A stretch of 64,000 nt of DNA from an uncultured virus (IMG/VR IMGVR_UViG_3300025410_000014) (lineage: Duplodnaviria; Heunggongvirae; Uroviricota; Caudoviricetes), in the IMG/VR virus record IMGVR_UViG_3300025410_000014; one strand, written 5' to 3'. A model generated the notes under the pieces. It was not told the origin of the DNA. It ran no database searches and worked only from the letters and a program-made list of their open reading frames with translations. Shown one piece after another: positions 19,127 to 28,810 of the stretch. Position 1 is the first letter of the stretch. Every line of letters begins with the position of its first letter. The translations under genes and the position numbers were made by a program.

Positions 19127-21436
19127 TTATCCTGGAAGATACTTCTCTGCCCTAGTATTGGCAGCAACATTTTTGGTTGTTTTTTTACGCGCATTTTGAA
19201 TACGATCCATCATAGCGTAAAGTTTGCGTGCCCCTGCGTCACTTGATCCATTTCCAATCTCAGACACAATGCGGGCTGGGATAACAAATTCTCCGTCGGC
19301 CAGCGCTGCTTTTTGATGCCCGCCTATGGTAGCAGGGATTGAATCAGATACGCCATCTCCTGGGCCTTTGAGCATGCGTCCACCATCTGAATATGTACCC
19401 AACGATGATATGCCACCTTGGGCATAACCGCCTCTAGCATAACGCTTTGTAGTCATTAGGCCACCAGCGGCGGCAGTATCGTACCCAAACGATGCGCTAT
19501 TATCAACAGGAGGTGTGTAATATGAAACGGCTGGGCTGACAGTTGATGTATCAAACCCAGGGAACATATTTGAAATATCAGTAGATGTCAATTGATTCGA
19601 TGCAAGAATATTATTGACGGTGCTTATATCCCCAGAATTGTATGCGCTGGCTAATTGGTCGGCTACGCTTGGAGCTGGTGCGGGAGCAGCAGATGTACTG
19701 ACTGGTGCGGGAGCAACAGATGTATCGACTGGTGTGGGAGTAGGTGTAGCCGCTATTCCCGTGGGAGTAGAAACAGAATTACCTACGGCATTATTTGTTG
19801 CAGCAACAGATGCGGGAGTTGCAGGTGTAGCAGGTGTCGCTGGAGATGGAGGAACGGTAGATACTACTGTGCCAGGCGGTGTCGAAGCAGCAATAGCAGC
19901 TTGTAAAGCGGCCAAATTAGATGGGGTTGAAGTTGCGGATGAAGACGCTGTGGGCGTTGGCGGTTGATATGTTGAAGCACCAACTGCTCCTGATCCTATA
20001 CCTGCTTTAAGATATGGTGTTAAATCAGCGCCAGGAAACATCGATTGAATTTGGCTGATAGTGATGCCAGGATTGGCAGCAATAATGTTATTTATTGTAG
20101 CTCCACCGCCAGTCTTATCTGTCGTGTTGTACGCATTCGCAGCATTCGTCAATTGACTTTGTATGTCGCTCAATGAAGTTGTTTGAGGTGTTGCTGTAAT
20201 GCCTTTAGCTTGGTTATACAAGTTAGTAATTTCACCAGTACTTAGCCCAGTGGCTGCAGCCATTTCTGCTGGAGTTACTTTCCAAGTATCCATCAAATTA
20301 GCAATTGTTTTATTAGTTGCTGGTGTCCCAGGGGAACCCACGGCGTTCAATGCATTTTGAATACCAGATGTAATTTGTGATGGCGTACCTGCTTGAAATT
20401 GGGCAATACCCGAAGCTGTAGGGTTTTGCAAACTAGCAAGGAGTTGTTGAGCAGGAGTCAACGTAGTTGTTGTGGGTTTATTAACTGTTGTGTTATTAGT
20501 GTCAGTATTTGTAGTACCAGTATTTGTAGTACCAGTATTTGTAGTACCAGTATTTGTAGTAGTTGTGGTTGTAGTTGGTGGCACATAAGTATTGCCCACA
20601 GTAGTAATACCACCAGGCAATAATGTATTAGTTGGTGTTAAAGAACCAGCAGATGTTGGGCCTGTAATATTACCTGTTGCGTCTCCCTTGTTCATGGGCG
20701 AGCCACTACCTGCAACACCTGACACTACATTACCACTAGAGTCTGTAAATGTTACAGGAGAAAAATAACTCATTCCTCCACCACCTGGCCTGTAGTTGGC
20801 AGGTATTTGATTCATGTTGCGCGATGCGGTCAACGTTGGAATACCACCTTGATATCCACGATAAACACCTGCAGTTCCGCCCGCTAAACCACTGCTTGAT
20901 CCGCCGCCCAAAGCCTTTGCTAACGCAGCTAATCCTGCGGTAGTAGCGGCTGAGCCAAGCCCGCCACCTTTTAAAAGGTTTTGGATTTGAGTGCCTAGAT
21001 TTGTAAGTGGGTTTGTTGGTGGGGGAGTCGAAGAAGCTGGAGTTGATGCTACTGCAGAAGGGTCACTTGCATTTTTATTAAACTCATCTGCGCTTGAATT
21101 GTAAACATTGCCCGCTTCATCTACATACTGATAACTACCATCTTTATACTGATAATAAGTGTTACCGTTTAAAGTATATTGTTTAGCAACCCCAGATGAG
21201 TTAGGGGTAACACCTGAACTATTATCTGTTGTACCACTTGAGGTCGAATCGTTTGATGAAGAACTTGGTAAAGATCTTGATGAAGAATTAGGTGTAACAT
21301 CAGACCCTGTAGCCTGACCATTGCTATCGCCGATGCTAGGGGGGCTATCAGTAGTTATATTATTAACTGTACCATCGTCGTAAGTAACTTCATAAGTTTG
21401 GTCACCTGTATCAACAACGTTTGTTACTTTAGCCAT
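19127..21436 (-). CDS. Putative internal virion protein, S/T/P-rich
   Basis: C-terminal GPGDGVSDSIPA...LADGEFVIPA block; low-complexity body. Confidence 0.65.
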   Translation of the reverse strand: MAKVTNVVDTGDQTYEVTYDDGTVNNITTDSPPSIGDSNGQATGSDVTPNSSSRSLPSSSSNDSTSSGTTDNSSGVTPNSSGVAKQYTLNGNTYYQYKDGSYQYVDEAGNVYNSSADEFNKNASDPSAVASTPASSTPPPTNPLTNLGTQIQNLLKGGGLGSAATTAGLAALAKALGGGSSSGLAGGTAGVYRGYQGGIPTLTASRNMNQIPANYRPGGGGMSYFSPVTFTDSSGNVVSGVAGSGSPMNKGDATGNITGPTSAGSLTPTNTLLPGGITTVGNTYVPPTTTTTTTNTGTTNTGTTNTGTTNTDTNNTTVNKPTTTTLTPAQQLLASLQNPTASGIAQFQAGTPSQITSGIQNALNAVGSPGTPATNKTIANLMDTWKVTPAEMAAATGLSTGEITNLYNQAKGITATPQTTSLSDIQSQLTNAANAYNTTDKTGGGATINNIIAANPGITISQIQSMFPGADLTPYLKAGIGSGAVGASTYQPPTPTASSSATSTPSNLAALQAAIAASTPPGTVVSTVPPSPATPATPATPASVAATNNAVGNSVSTPTGIAATPTPTPVDTSVAPAPVSTSAAPAPAPSVADQLASAYNSGDISTVNNILASNQLTSTDISNMFPGFDTSTVSPAVSYYTPPVDNSASFGYDTAAAGGLMTTKRYARGGYAQGGISSLGTYSDGGRMLKGPGDGVSDSIPATIGGHQKAALADGEFVIPARIVSEIGNGSSDAGARKLYAMMDRIQNARKKTTKNVAANTRAEKYLPG
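20503..20561. repeat. 15-bp tandem repeat x4 (TTNTG)
   Basis: CAGTATTTGTAGTAC units, in frame within 19127-21436. Confidence 0.9.
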
Positions 21437-21437
21437 A

Positions 21438-22706
21438 TCAGCCTCTCAAAATATTTAAAATATCGTCAAAAGTGACATCACTACTGGCGATGTTGTCAAC
21501 AGAAGGCGTTGACGCATTTTCGCTGGTTTGCGTTGTATTTGCAACAGGCGTATCGGTTACGCCAGCAGAAGGTACAGGGGGCAAAGTGCTGGGGTCAGCG
21601 TTTACAAATTTTACTTGACCTGTCTGTGGGTCAATCTCTTCAACACTCGCCCCAAAATATTTCGGCTTTTTAAATATTGCAGACGTAGGAATCCCTAAAG
21701 CGCTTGCCAGTTGCATGGATTGTATTACATTTGGCCCCCCAGAACTTTGGGAAGATTGGCTAGTTTGAGCAGGCGCTGGCTGAGTAGGCGCTGGCTGAGT
21801 AGGCGCTGGCTGAGCAGGTTGTGCTGATGTAGCGCTAGGAGTTGTTGAGCCAGATGTTAAAGCGGATGTCGCTGCGGATATTGCTGGTACTACAGTATTA
21901 CCAGAAATACTGGGGTCAATTTGCTTTAGTACGGTTGTAGCTAAACTAGCTACTTTAGGGTCTACACTATTTGTTAGATTATTTAGTGCATTTAGCGCCC
22001 CAGCTACGTCACCTTTTTGCAAAGCTGTGGCGGCATTCATGCCATTCATAACCGCTTTAACATCAGACGATGCGCCAGTCATCTGAATTACGCTGTTAAT
22101 TAAACCAGTTACATTGCCTGTTTTTAATGCATTTGCGACAGATAGTGCCTGATTTGCTGTTTTAAGGGCGGTCGCTGCTTCTGGCGGAATAATATTTGTG
22201 CCTGATAATGCGGTAGCGGCATTTAATACCGTGCCTATATTAAGAGGTTTACCACTTAAAATACTATTAGCTGCGTTGAGTCCTGCCACAACAGGCGCTA
22301 CACCTGGTATAAAAGTAGCTCCAGGTAGCCCAGCTACCATTTGATTTACTGCGTTTGTAGTAGATGCTAAAAAACTGCCAGGTGAACCACCTGTATACCC
22401 TACTTGTTGGTTGTAGTCAGTAATAGGCGCAACTACACCAGTCTTAGGGTCAACACTAACTGTTGTATGGATTGTGCCGCCCGCTGAACCTATTTGAATT
22501 TGGTACTGACCATTAGAGCCAGGAACTACGGCATCAACAGGTAATTGATTACCCTTGGCATCAACCAATACAGTCTGTGTTGATTCTGCGCCTGTATTAT
22601 CATCAAATACAGGCACTTGGGTAACTTTAGCTGACCCTGTTTGGATAGCGCCATAAGTCTGGTTAAACGCCTGACTTGGGTCATTAACTGTTGCTGGTGC
22701 TGCCAT
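21438..22706 (-). CDS. Putative virion protein
   Basis: 422-aa ORF contiguous with neighbours; A/T/N-rich helical middle. Confidence 0.65.
   Translation of the reverse strand: MAAPATVNDPSQAFNQTYGAIQTGSAKVTQVPVFDDNTGAESTQTVLVDAKGNQLPVDAVVPGSNGQYQIQIGSAGGTIHTTVSVDPKTGVVAPITDYNQQVGYTGGSPGSFLASTTNAVNQMVAGLPGATFIPGVAPVVAGLNAANSILSGKPLNIGTVLNAATALSGTNIIPPEAATALKTANQALSVANALKTGNVTGLINSVIQMTGASSDVKAVMNGMNAATALQKGDVAGALNALNNLTNSVDPKVASLATTVLKQIDPSISGNTVVPAISAATSALTSGSTTPSATSAQPAQPAPTQPAPTQPAPAQTSQSSQSSGGPNVIQSMQLASALGIPTSAIFKKPKYFGASVEEIDPQTGQVKFVNADPSTLPPVPSAGVTDTPVANTTQTSENASTPSVDNIASSDVTFDDILNILRG
21771..21814. repeat. 15-bp tandem repeat x3 (QPAPT)
   Basis: AGGCGCTGGCTGAGT units, in frame. Confidence 0.9.
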
Positions 22707-23056
22707 TAAACCGCCTCACCACCGCTAATGGTAATAGTTAGTCCAGTAGTTGAAGCCTTGGCAGATATAAAAGAACTTGTAGGAAGAACCTGTACGCCTG
22801 CATAGGAAAACGTAGTATTGGCTGCTACGTTTTGAGTATAAAAAAGCGCATTTCCTGTGCCCGCTGCACCGCTTACAGGAACAATATGCAGGTTAAAAGT
22901 GGCCGCAGAACCTGTTGTATTGCACACATCAATCTGTTTTAAATATGTTCTAGTCGGCGTAGTTGCATTGGTTGGAACTGTGTATAGCGTAGCATAGCTA
23001 GTCGTTAACGCAGCCTGCGCAATCTGTACTGGGGTTACATTTTGATAGGCGGCCAT
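22706..23056 (-). CDS. Small beta-rich virion protein
   Basis: MAAYQNV... start coupled (TAATG) to upstream stop; LYTVP...IDVCN...ISGGEA. Confidence 0.7.
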   Translation of the reverse strand: MAAYQNVTPVQIAQAALTTSYATLYTVPTNATTPTRTYLKQIDVCNTTGSAATFNLHIVPVSGAAGTGNALFYTQNVAANTTFSYAGVQVLPTSSFISAKASTTGLTITISGGEAV

Positions 23057-23238
23057 TAGACCCCCAGCCAAATAAGAGTTTGATTGGTGGAGACTTGGTT
23101 CATACCAATTTGATTGACGTTATCATTGCTCACAAAATATAAACGAAGCACTTTGGTTAAGGTATCAAAGTATGCTTGATCATATTCTTTAGGAGGCAGC
23201 GGTAAGTTAGGAGAAACATTAATGACTGGAATACTCAT
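23056..23238 (-). CDS. Small virion-associated protein
   Basis: PNLPLPPKEYDQAY...VLRLYF; coupled to both neighbours. Confidence 0.65.
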   Translation of the reverse strand: MSIPVINVSPNLPLPPKEYDQAYFDTLTKVLRLYFVSNDNVNQIGMNQVSTNQTLIWLGV

Positions 23239-25163
23239 GTGTTGCCCCTTCTACCGTCAAGTTTCAATTCAATCCTAGGCGTACCGATTTGCCACTGCAA
23301 GCCTAACTGATTTCCTTCGATCTGGAAGATCATTTGGCGGCCACGAACACGCAAAAATACTTGTCCAGTAAATTGTTCAATAGGTGCTGTAGCCGTGCGA
23401 GTCACCGTAGCTATGTTAGTACCGCCTGTAGCCTGTGGTGAGTTGTATCCTGAACCTGAGTTTTGCATTGGGGTCAAAGTCATAATCACTTGAGGATTCG
23501 CCGCAGTAGACTTTCTAAAGGTAACATCAGGAAGAATGCGGTTAATAAAAGCAAAACTATTACCAAACTGAACATCAAACTCAGAAGACTGAATATACGA
23601 GTCAATAGGGTTATCTGTGCCTGTTGTGTTGTCATTTAAGCCATACTCATGGAATACCAAGGTGTTGTTGTAGGTAGCTGCAACGGGGTATGTAAGTACA
23701 GTTGAATCAATCCAAGCTGTCCTACCCATCTGCCCATAGTACCAAATATCGTCTTGATAGTTGTAGATTACATAGTTGTTAATCGTGGTGCTTGTACCCG
23801 AGCAGTAGAACCACCAAACTTCGTTGTATCCTTCGTTAGTACCAGAGAATACTTGCTGTGACTGTTGCTGATTAATATTAGCAAAGATGTATTCACGCAA
23901 GTCACAACGAAGCGTAGATACTGTACCGTTGTACTTATAGAACTTGTCAATACCCATCCAATAGGTCGTGCCCGCCGCCAAAACCGCAGAGTTTTGACTC
24001 AAGATAGAGATATTGTCACCCACAATGTTAGAACCCCAGACACCTGGCGTTCCGATGTATTGGAATGAATAGACTGAAGTATCAGTAAAAACAATAATCT
24101 CTTGTCTGTTTTGCACGCAACTGATGATCTGCGAACCACGAGATAGCCTGATATCTCCTGCTTGATTGGTCGCAGCGGGTGTCCACATGGTCACAGATTC
24201 CTGATCAGACCAACGAACCAGCATAGGATCGATAGTAGAAGTACCCAATGCGTTAGTACCAAATGCAAACACAAAACGACTAGCATCGGAGACAAAGATA
24301 AAATTAGCAACAATCGGTACATCTGACGCTCCCGATAATGTTGAAATGTTTACTGCTGGGCTGGTAATACTAGTGGTATAACTCCAATAATATACACCGC
24401 CACCTCTAGGGCAAAAAATTAAATCTTGGCCAAAATTGGATTGACTCCATAGCCGCAGGCTAATTGTAGTATTTGTACCATTTCCCCATGTCCCAGCGCC
24501 CCATGCCCCAGCGCCCCAACCAGATAAAGGCACTTCAATTGCTGGGCCAGTATTAATTTGATAAGTTGCTGTAACTGTACCACCGCCAGGTGAACCAGAT
24601 GCATCCGTGGAATTTGCTGTAGCTGTGGCTGTAAATGTAAATGTATTAGCATTTAATACAATTACTTGGTATTGTTGGTTTAAAACGGCTGCGGTTATAT
24701 TACCGCCTAAACCAGTAGCCCCACTAAATGTTACAAAATCTCCTGTTATAGCGCCGTGTGCAGTGGCTGATACTGTAATTGTAGATTGTCCAGCTACAGC
24801 CGTAAATGGATTAGTTAATGTAGCTGTGCCACGAACAGGTGTGATATCAAAATAAATACCAGCCTTAGTAATATAAAATTTTAAATTTGTACCTACACCG
24901 ATCAGTGAAGTGCCATCAAGAGCAGACCAATTAAACAATGACCTGCATGTGCCTTGGTAAGTGGAAATACTAAGGGGATACCAGCCCCCTATTTTTTCGG
25001 GAAAACCTTGGCGAAACCGCACATTTTGAGATGCGTACCAACCCCCAGCAATTGAAAAATTAGCTGAGATTGTGCCTACTGTTTCGGCAGTATATTGGGT
25101 TTGCTCCCGATTTACACCAGGGCGAAACACCATTGGGAGCATTTGATAGGGTGCTGTGGCCAT
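23235..25163 (-). CDS. Tail tubular B / P22 gp10-like tail hub protein
   Basis: 642 aa; VRFRQGFPEKIGGW, VRWSDQE, EVWWFY, RVRGRQ; beta-propeller-like character. Confidence 0.65.
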   Translation of the reverse strand: MATAPYQMLPMVFRPGVNREQTQYTAETVGTISANFSIAGGWYASQNVRFRQGFPEKIGGWYPLSISTYQGTCRSLFNWSALDGTSLIGVGTNLKFYITKAGIYFDITPVRGTATLTNPFTAVAGQSTITVSATAHGAITGDFVTFSGATGLGGNITAAVLNQQYQVIVLNANTFTFTATATANSTDASGSPGGGTVTATYQINTGPAIEVPLSGWGAGAWGAGTWGNGTNTTISLRLWSQSNFGQDLIFCPRGGGVYYWSYTTSITSPAVNISTLSGASDVPIVANFIFVSDASRFVFAFGTNALGTSTIDPMLVRWSDQESVTMWTPAATNQAGDIRLSRGSQIISCVQNRQEIIVFTDTSVYSFQYIGTPGVWGSNIVGDNISILSQNSAVLAAGTTYWMGIDKFYKYNGTVSTLRCDLREYIFANINQQQSQQVFSGTNEGYNEVWWFYCSGTSTTINNYVIYNYQDDIWYYGQMGRTAWIDSTVLTYPVAATYNNTLVFHEYGLNDNTTGTDNPIDSYIQSSEFDVQFGNSFAFINRILPDVTFRKSTAANPQVIMTLTPMQNSGSGYNSPQATGGTNIATVTRTATAPIEQFTGQVFLRVRGRQMIFQIEGNQLGLQWQIGTPRIELKLDGRRGNT

Positions 25164-25177
25164 TACTTATTCTCGCA

Positions 25178-25774
25178 TTAGGAGGCTAAAACGGCAAGGG
25201 CTTTACGGGTTAATTCATTGCGTTCATTGAGGCCAAAAAGCCCTCCGTTGATACGTTTACATAGTCCCTCGTTATTACCGCTTTCAGCCAATTCATTGCA
25301 TCCGTGGGTTCTCCAGAACCACCCTGCGCTTAGAGCAGCATACATGGGAGTAGCAACCAACTGGGGATTTATCACAAAATTCTGATTAAGTGCTTGCCCG
25401 CAGTGGAAATAGTTATCGTGAAATGTGAGCTGGATACAGCCTCGTCCGTGGAAGCGATGCCCATCTCCTGACGCCTCATCTCGATTACCGCCTCGATTGG
25501 CGTAAATACGATTGGCGATTTTCTCGGGATTGTGAGCGTAAAGCTCAACTTCTCCTGCTTTGAACTTATGACCGAACAACTTTTGAAGGGTTTCGGCTCT
25601 ATAGTTGAGATTTTCTTCCAGAGTTTTGAAATGGTTGCACTCATGGCTGCATTGCCCTATAAAAGCCGCCTGTTCTTTGGCGGTAAAAATAGTGAAGGTA
25701 ACAAATGTTGTGGTCAATGGCTCAGACCACTCAGGCCCAATACCAAGCGCATGGAGCTTCTCAGGGCTTAACAT
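25178..25774 (-). CDS. Endolysin, glycoside hydrolase family 19
   Basis: FIGQCSHE, EENLNY, HGRGCIQLT, SAGWFW, INGG motifs. Confidence 0.9.
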   Translation of the reverse strand: MLSPEKLHALGIGPEWSEPLTTTFVTFTIFTAKEQAAFIGQCSHECNHFKTLEENLNYRAETLQKLFGHKFKAGEVELYAHNPEKIANRIYANRGGNRDEASGDGHRFHGRGCIQLTFHDNYFHCGQALNQNFVINPQLVATPMYAALSAGWFWRTHGCNELAESGNNEGLCKRINGGLFGLNERNELTRKALAVLAS

Positions 25775-26228
25775 TGACCATCTCCCTTACTTTATTGTAG
25801 GTGTCGATGCAGGCGTTGAGTTGGGTGATGGCGATGTCCCCGTCTGCTGCGATGGCTGCAATAGTCTTAAGAGTCTCTCGCTCAGATTGGCCGTCATTGG
25901 TTGAATCTCCTCTGGCAGGGGTGGCATCTGGACTGGCTTGAACGGGACATTGGGGACTGAGGCGCAACTCGCCAGAGTCAATCCTAGAGTTAATACTAGA
26001 CTGCTTCGTTTTAACATCATTTCTCGCCTTTACAAGTGCCGTGGTTACGCCTGTTAACTTTTTGTTCAGTTCGGCTTCTTTGGCACGAGCTTCGTCATTA
26101 AGTCGGATAATTTCTGCTTGATCTTCAGCAACGCGTTCTTGATAGCCTGCATGGTGTCCATAAAAATATACTCCTAAGACGGCGCAGATAGCGCCTAAAA
26201 TAAACCAAGGATTGAGGAAACTAAACAT
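25761..26228 (-). CDS. Rz: Inner-membrane spanin (Rz-like)
   Basis: N-terminal TM helix then coiled coil, QLNAC near C-terminus; adjacent to endolysin. Confidence 0.8.
   Translation of the reverse strand: MFSFLNPWFILGAICAVLGVYFYGHHAGYQERVAEDQAEIIRLNDEARAKEAELNKKLTGVTTALVKARNDVKTKQSSINSRIDSGELRLSPQCPVQASPDATPARGDSTNDGQSERETLKTIAAIAADGDIAITQLNACIDTYNKVREMVNVKP
25787..26020 (-). CDS. Rz1: Outer-membrane lipoprotein spanin (Rz1-like), embedded in Rz
   Basis: Signal peptide with lipobox LASC (Cys19), proline-rich mature region, wholly nested in Rz in another frame. Confidence 0.8.
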   Translation of the reverse strand: MMLKRSSLVLTLGLTLASCASVPNVPFKPVQMPPLPEEIQPMTANLSERLLRLLQPSQQTGTSPSPNSTPASTPTIK

Positions 26229-26694
26229 TGCTAGCCCTCGCATGTGCCATTCTCTCACGTTCTGCGTCATCTTCCAAGGTGGGGTGAGACATGGGTGGAG
26301 GGGGTGGAGTCCAGCCAGACGGAGAAGATGGAGCCATCATAACAACTGGAGCTGGCGGTGGGGGAGGAGGTGCAACGTAAGCATCCTTATTGGCCTTGGC
26401 TGCATTCATCATGTTGGTTGCCTCATTGGTTAAACCTTTGGTCAAAATACCGCCTATCCCGCCCACGATCAGTAACACGATATCATTAAGCATCTTGGTG
26501 TATGCTTGATCAATGGGAGCCATAGCCTTAATGGGCTGGGTCACAAAGGTTACCGAATAGAGAAGCGCCAAGGTAATAAAGGCAAAGATTAAAGTCACCA
26601 TAATGATGACAAACGCCCTGACACGGACTTCTATCTCATCGGCAGACAGGCGTTCCTTGGGGCTGTTGAACAGTGCCAGCAATAGTTCCTTCAA
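26221..26694 (-). CDS. Two-TM membrane protein with proline-rich tail (holin candidate)
   Basis: Two hydrophobic segments; PPPPPP tail; lysis cassette position. Confidence 0.55.
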   Translation of the reverse strand: MKELLLALFNSPKERLSADEIEVRVRAFVIIMVTLIFAFITLALLYSVTFVTQPIKAMAPIDQAYTKMLNDIVLLIVGGIGGILTKGLTNEATNMMNAAKANKDAYVAPPPPPPAPVVMMAPSSPSGWTPPPPPMSHPTLEDDAERERMAHARASNV

Positions 26695-26860
26695 TTTTCT
26701 TCTCCAGTATGGGGGCTACAAGATATTCAGGACAGTCTTGGTCAAACTCACATCGAGGCTTTTGGCACTGAGCCGCACCAAAGTTGTCAGGATTCTGGCA
26801 GAAGTACCTGTAGTTATCACCACAGCTAGTCAACAGTAATAAAACCCAAAGGTATTTCAT
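26636..26860 (-). CDS. Cysteine-rich lipoprotein
   Basis: MKYLWVLLLLTSC lipobox; four further Cys. Confidence 0.7.
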   Translation of the reverse strand: MKYLWVLLLLTSCGDNYRYFCQNPDNFGAAQCQKPRCEFDQDCPEYLVAPILEKKIEGTIAGTVQQPQGTPVCR

Positions 26861-27015
26861 TTGCCTTCAATCCTAGCCAGAGCCTTGTTTACACGAATCT
26901 CCATCATCTTGATGTCTATGTACATCCACGAAAGCAGTGGTATGAATAGGAGGATCACCACCATCAAGACCACGATAACAATGACGAAGAACGAACGATC
27001 ATCAGCATCAGCCAT
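26857..27015 (-). CDS. Small single-TM membrane protein
   Basis: Long hydrophobic stretch FFVIVIVVLMVVILLFIPLLSW; start uncertain. Confidence 0.55.
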   Translation of the reverse strand: MADADDRSFFVIVIVVLMVVILLFIPLLSWMYIDIKMMEIRVNKALARIEGK

Positions 27016-27683
27016 ATCCACGCTATCATCAGAAACGTTATTACTGTAGCTATTGCTTTGTCTTGGAATTCCTCCGCCCTTTGACGCTTTAGCCATGCCG
27101 CTTTCCGTTTCTTGTCTAGCTCCGCCTTTCTAGCTAACGCCTGCTGATTGGCAATATGCCCAATCATTTTATTCACCCGACTGTACAAGTCCTTCATCTC
27201 AGGAGGCACATGGTAGACCATGTACTCTCTCATCTCTTCATTTAACTTTTCCATCTGCAAATTGGCGATTACCAACTTGATCGCAATGTCGTTTCCTTCT
27301 TCGTTGTTGGCAGTCAGCGCCAACTCTTCTTGTTCTTTTGTGTAAGCCTTTAAGCCGTTGTATGCATGGAAGAACTTGGTGAGGGCATCTGCAACTTGGG
27401 CATAGATTTGGTTCTCATCAAATTCAACCCTCTTTTTCGGTTTAGCTTTAACAGGAGCTTGGTTAACCTTGGCTTGTGGCTTTTCTTTACCACCGAAGAG
27501 TTTAGAGAAAAACCCAAATATCCCTTGAGTATCTTTTTGTATGCCCTTGATATCCCCCACAACTCCGTCAATCTCTTTCTTGGCATCAACAACGAACTGC
27601 CGCCCCTCCTTGTACATTTCACAGGATTCTTTGACAAGTTTGAAGGCCGAAGTTGCCAGAGCGACAAGGGTGAATGGATCAAT
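26964..27683 (-). CDS. Coiled-coil protein with C-terminal TM (probable ATT start)
   Basis: Frame open from (I)DPFTLVALATSAFKLVK at 27683; first ATG at 27617. Confidence 0.65.
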   Translation of the reverse strand: MDPFTLVALATSAFKLVKESCEMYKEGRQFVVDAKKEIDGVVGDIKGIQKDTQGIFGFFSKLFGGKEKPQAKVNQAPVKAKPKKRVEFDENQIYAQVADALTKFFHAYNGLKAYTKEQEELALTANNEEGNDIAIKLVIANLQMEKLNEEMREYMVYHVPPEMKDLYSRVNKMIGHIANQQALARKAELDKKRKAAWLKRQRAEEFQDKAIATVITFLMIAWIWLMLMIVRSSSLLSWS

Positions 27684-27685
27684 TT

Positions 27686-27880
27686 TTACAACCCAAAGAA
27701 CTTATGGAAGAACTGCCCTGCCACATTGGGGCCGAGCAGGACTAGGAGCATCACACCATAGATCAAATACTCAATCTTGGTCATGCGTCTATCGCCTTCT
27801 TTCAGCATATCTGCGATCTGCCTATAGCGCTCATCACAGACTGCAACATGAACGGCAAGGTCTTTTTCGGTGTCGCTCAA
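27686..27880 (-). CDS. Small membrane protein (holin/haemolysin-like)
   Basis: HVAVCDERY coiled coil then one TM helix; GGAG RBS. Confidence 0.6.
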   Translation of the reverse strand: MSDTEKDLAVHVAVCDERYRQIADMLKEGDRRMTKIEYLIYGVMLLVLLGPNVAGQFFHKFFGL

Positions 27881-28806
27881 AATGTGATACTCCCTGATGC
27901 TGTGAATGTATAGATGTAGTATCCATTAGCCGTGGTTTGTGTTGGTGTTCCTGTTGTGGATGCGGCTAGTTTGTAAGATGTGGGATAACGGATGATGACA
28001 ATACCTGAGCCACCTGTAGCTCCATTGGGACTAACTCCACCGTTAGTTCCTCCGCCCCCACCGCCACCTGTATTGGCGGTTCCAGCAATAGCTACACCTG
28101 ATTGATTTCCGCCATTACCACCTCCACCTATACCACCATTATTTGCATTACTACTATTACTATAACTATTGCTACCAAGGCCACCACCGCCACCGCCAGC
28201 ATAAACAGTTACAGCACCAGAAATTGAAGATGCAATACCCGCCCCACCAGTGCCATTTGATTGGCCTGATATTCCAACTAATCCTGCTCCGCCACCACCA
28301 CCACCTTGCCATCCAGTAGATGCACTGCCCGTACTATAACCAGCACCACCATTATTACCTTGCCCTGAAGTTCCAGCCCCGCCAAAACCGCCTGTACCAA
28401 TACCGCCATTACTAGACCCACTACCACCACCAGAACCACCTAATGCACCAGTTCCATCTGTTCCAGAGCCACCACCTCCTCCGCCTAATGCAACAAAATT
28501 ACCCGTTGTTGCGGCAGAAGATGTGGCAAGTAAAACAGAATTACCACCAGAAGTTCCTTGTGAAGAACTTGATGAACCTGCTCCTCCACTACCAACTGTT
28601 ACCCAGCATTGTGTGCCTTGAGTAATAGATGTTAGACCAGCAATCAAACCACCAGCTCCGCCGCCTCCACCTTGGTTATATCCACCACCGCCTCCAGCGG
28701 CAACAATTAGATACTCAACTGTAGGCGGAGTTCCACCAAGCCATTGTCCATTCTGAACAGCTTGGCTAACCTGACTTAATGTCCAAACGCCTGATAATTG
28801 AGCCAT
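27877..28806 (-). CDS. Glycine-rich tail fibre/receptor-binding protein
   Basis: VEYLIVAAGGGGG...GGSGIVIIRYP...YTFTASGSITF. Confidence 0.75.
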   Translation of the reverse strand: MAQLSGVWTLSQVSQAVQNGQWLGGTPPTVEYLIVAAGGGGGYNQGGGGGAGGLIAGLTSITQGTQCWVTVGSGGAGSSSSSQGTSGGNSVLLATSSAATTGNFVALGGGGGGSGTDGTGALGGSGGGSGSSNGGIGTGGFGGAGTSGQGNNGGAGYSTGSASTGWQGGGGGGAGLVGISGQSNGTGGAGIASSISGAVTVYAGGGGGGLGSNSYSNSSNANNGGIGGGGNGGNQSGVAIAGTANTGGGGGGGTNGGVSPNGATGGSGIVIIRYPTSYKLAASTTGTPTQTTANGYYIYTFTASGSITF

Positions 28807-28810
28807 GATC

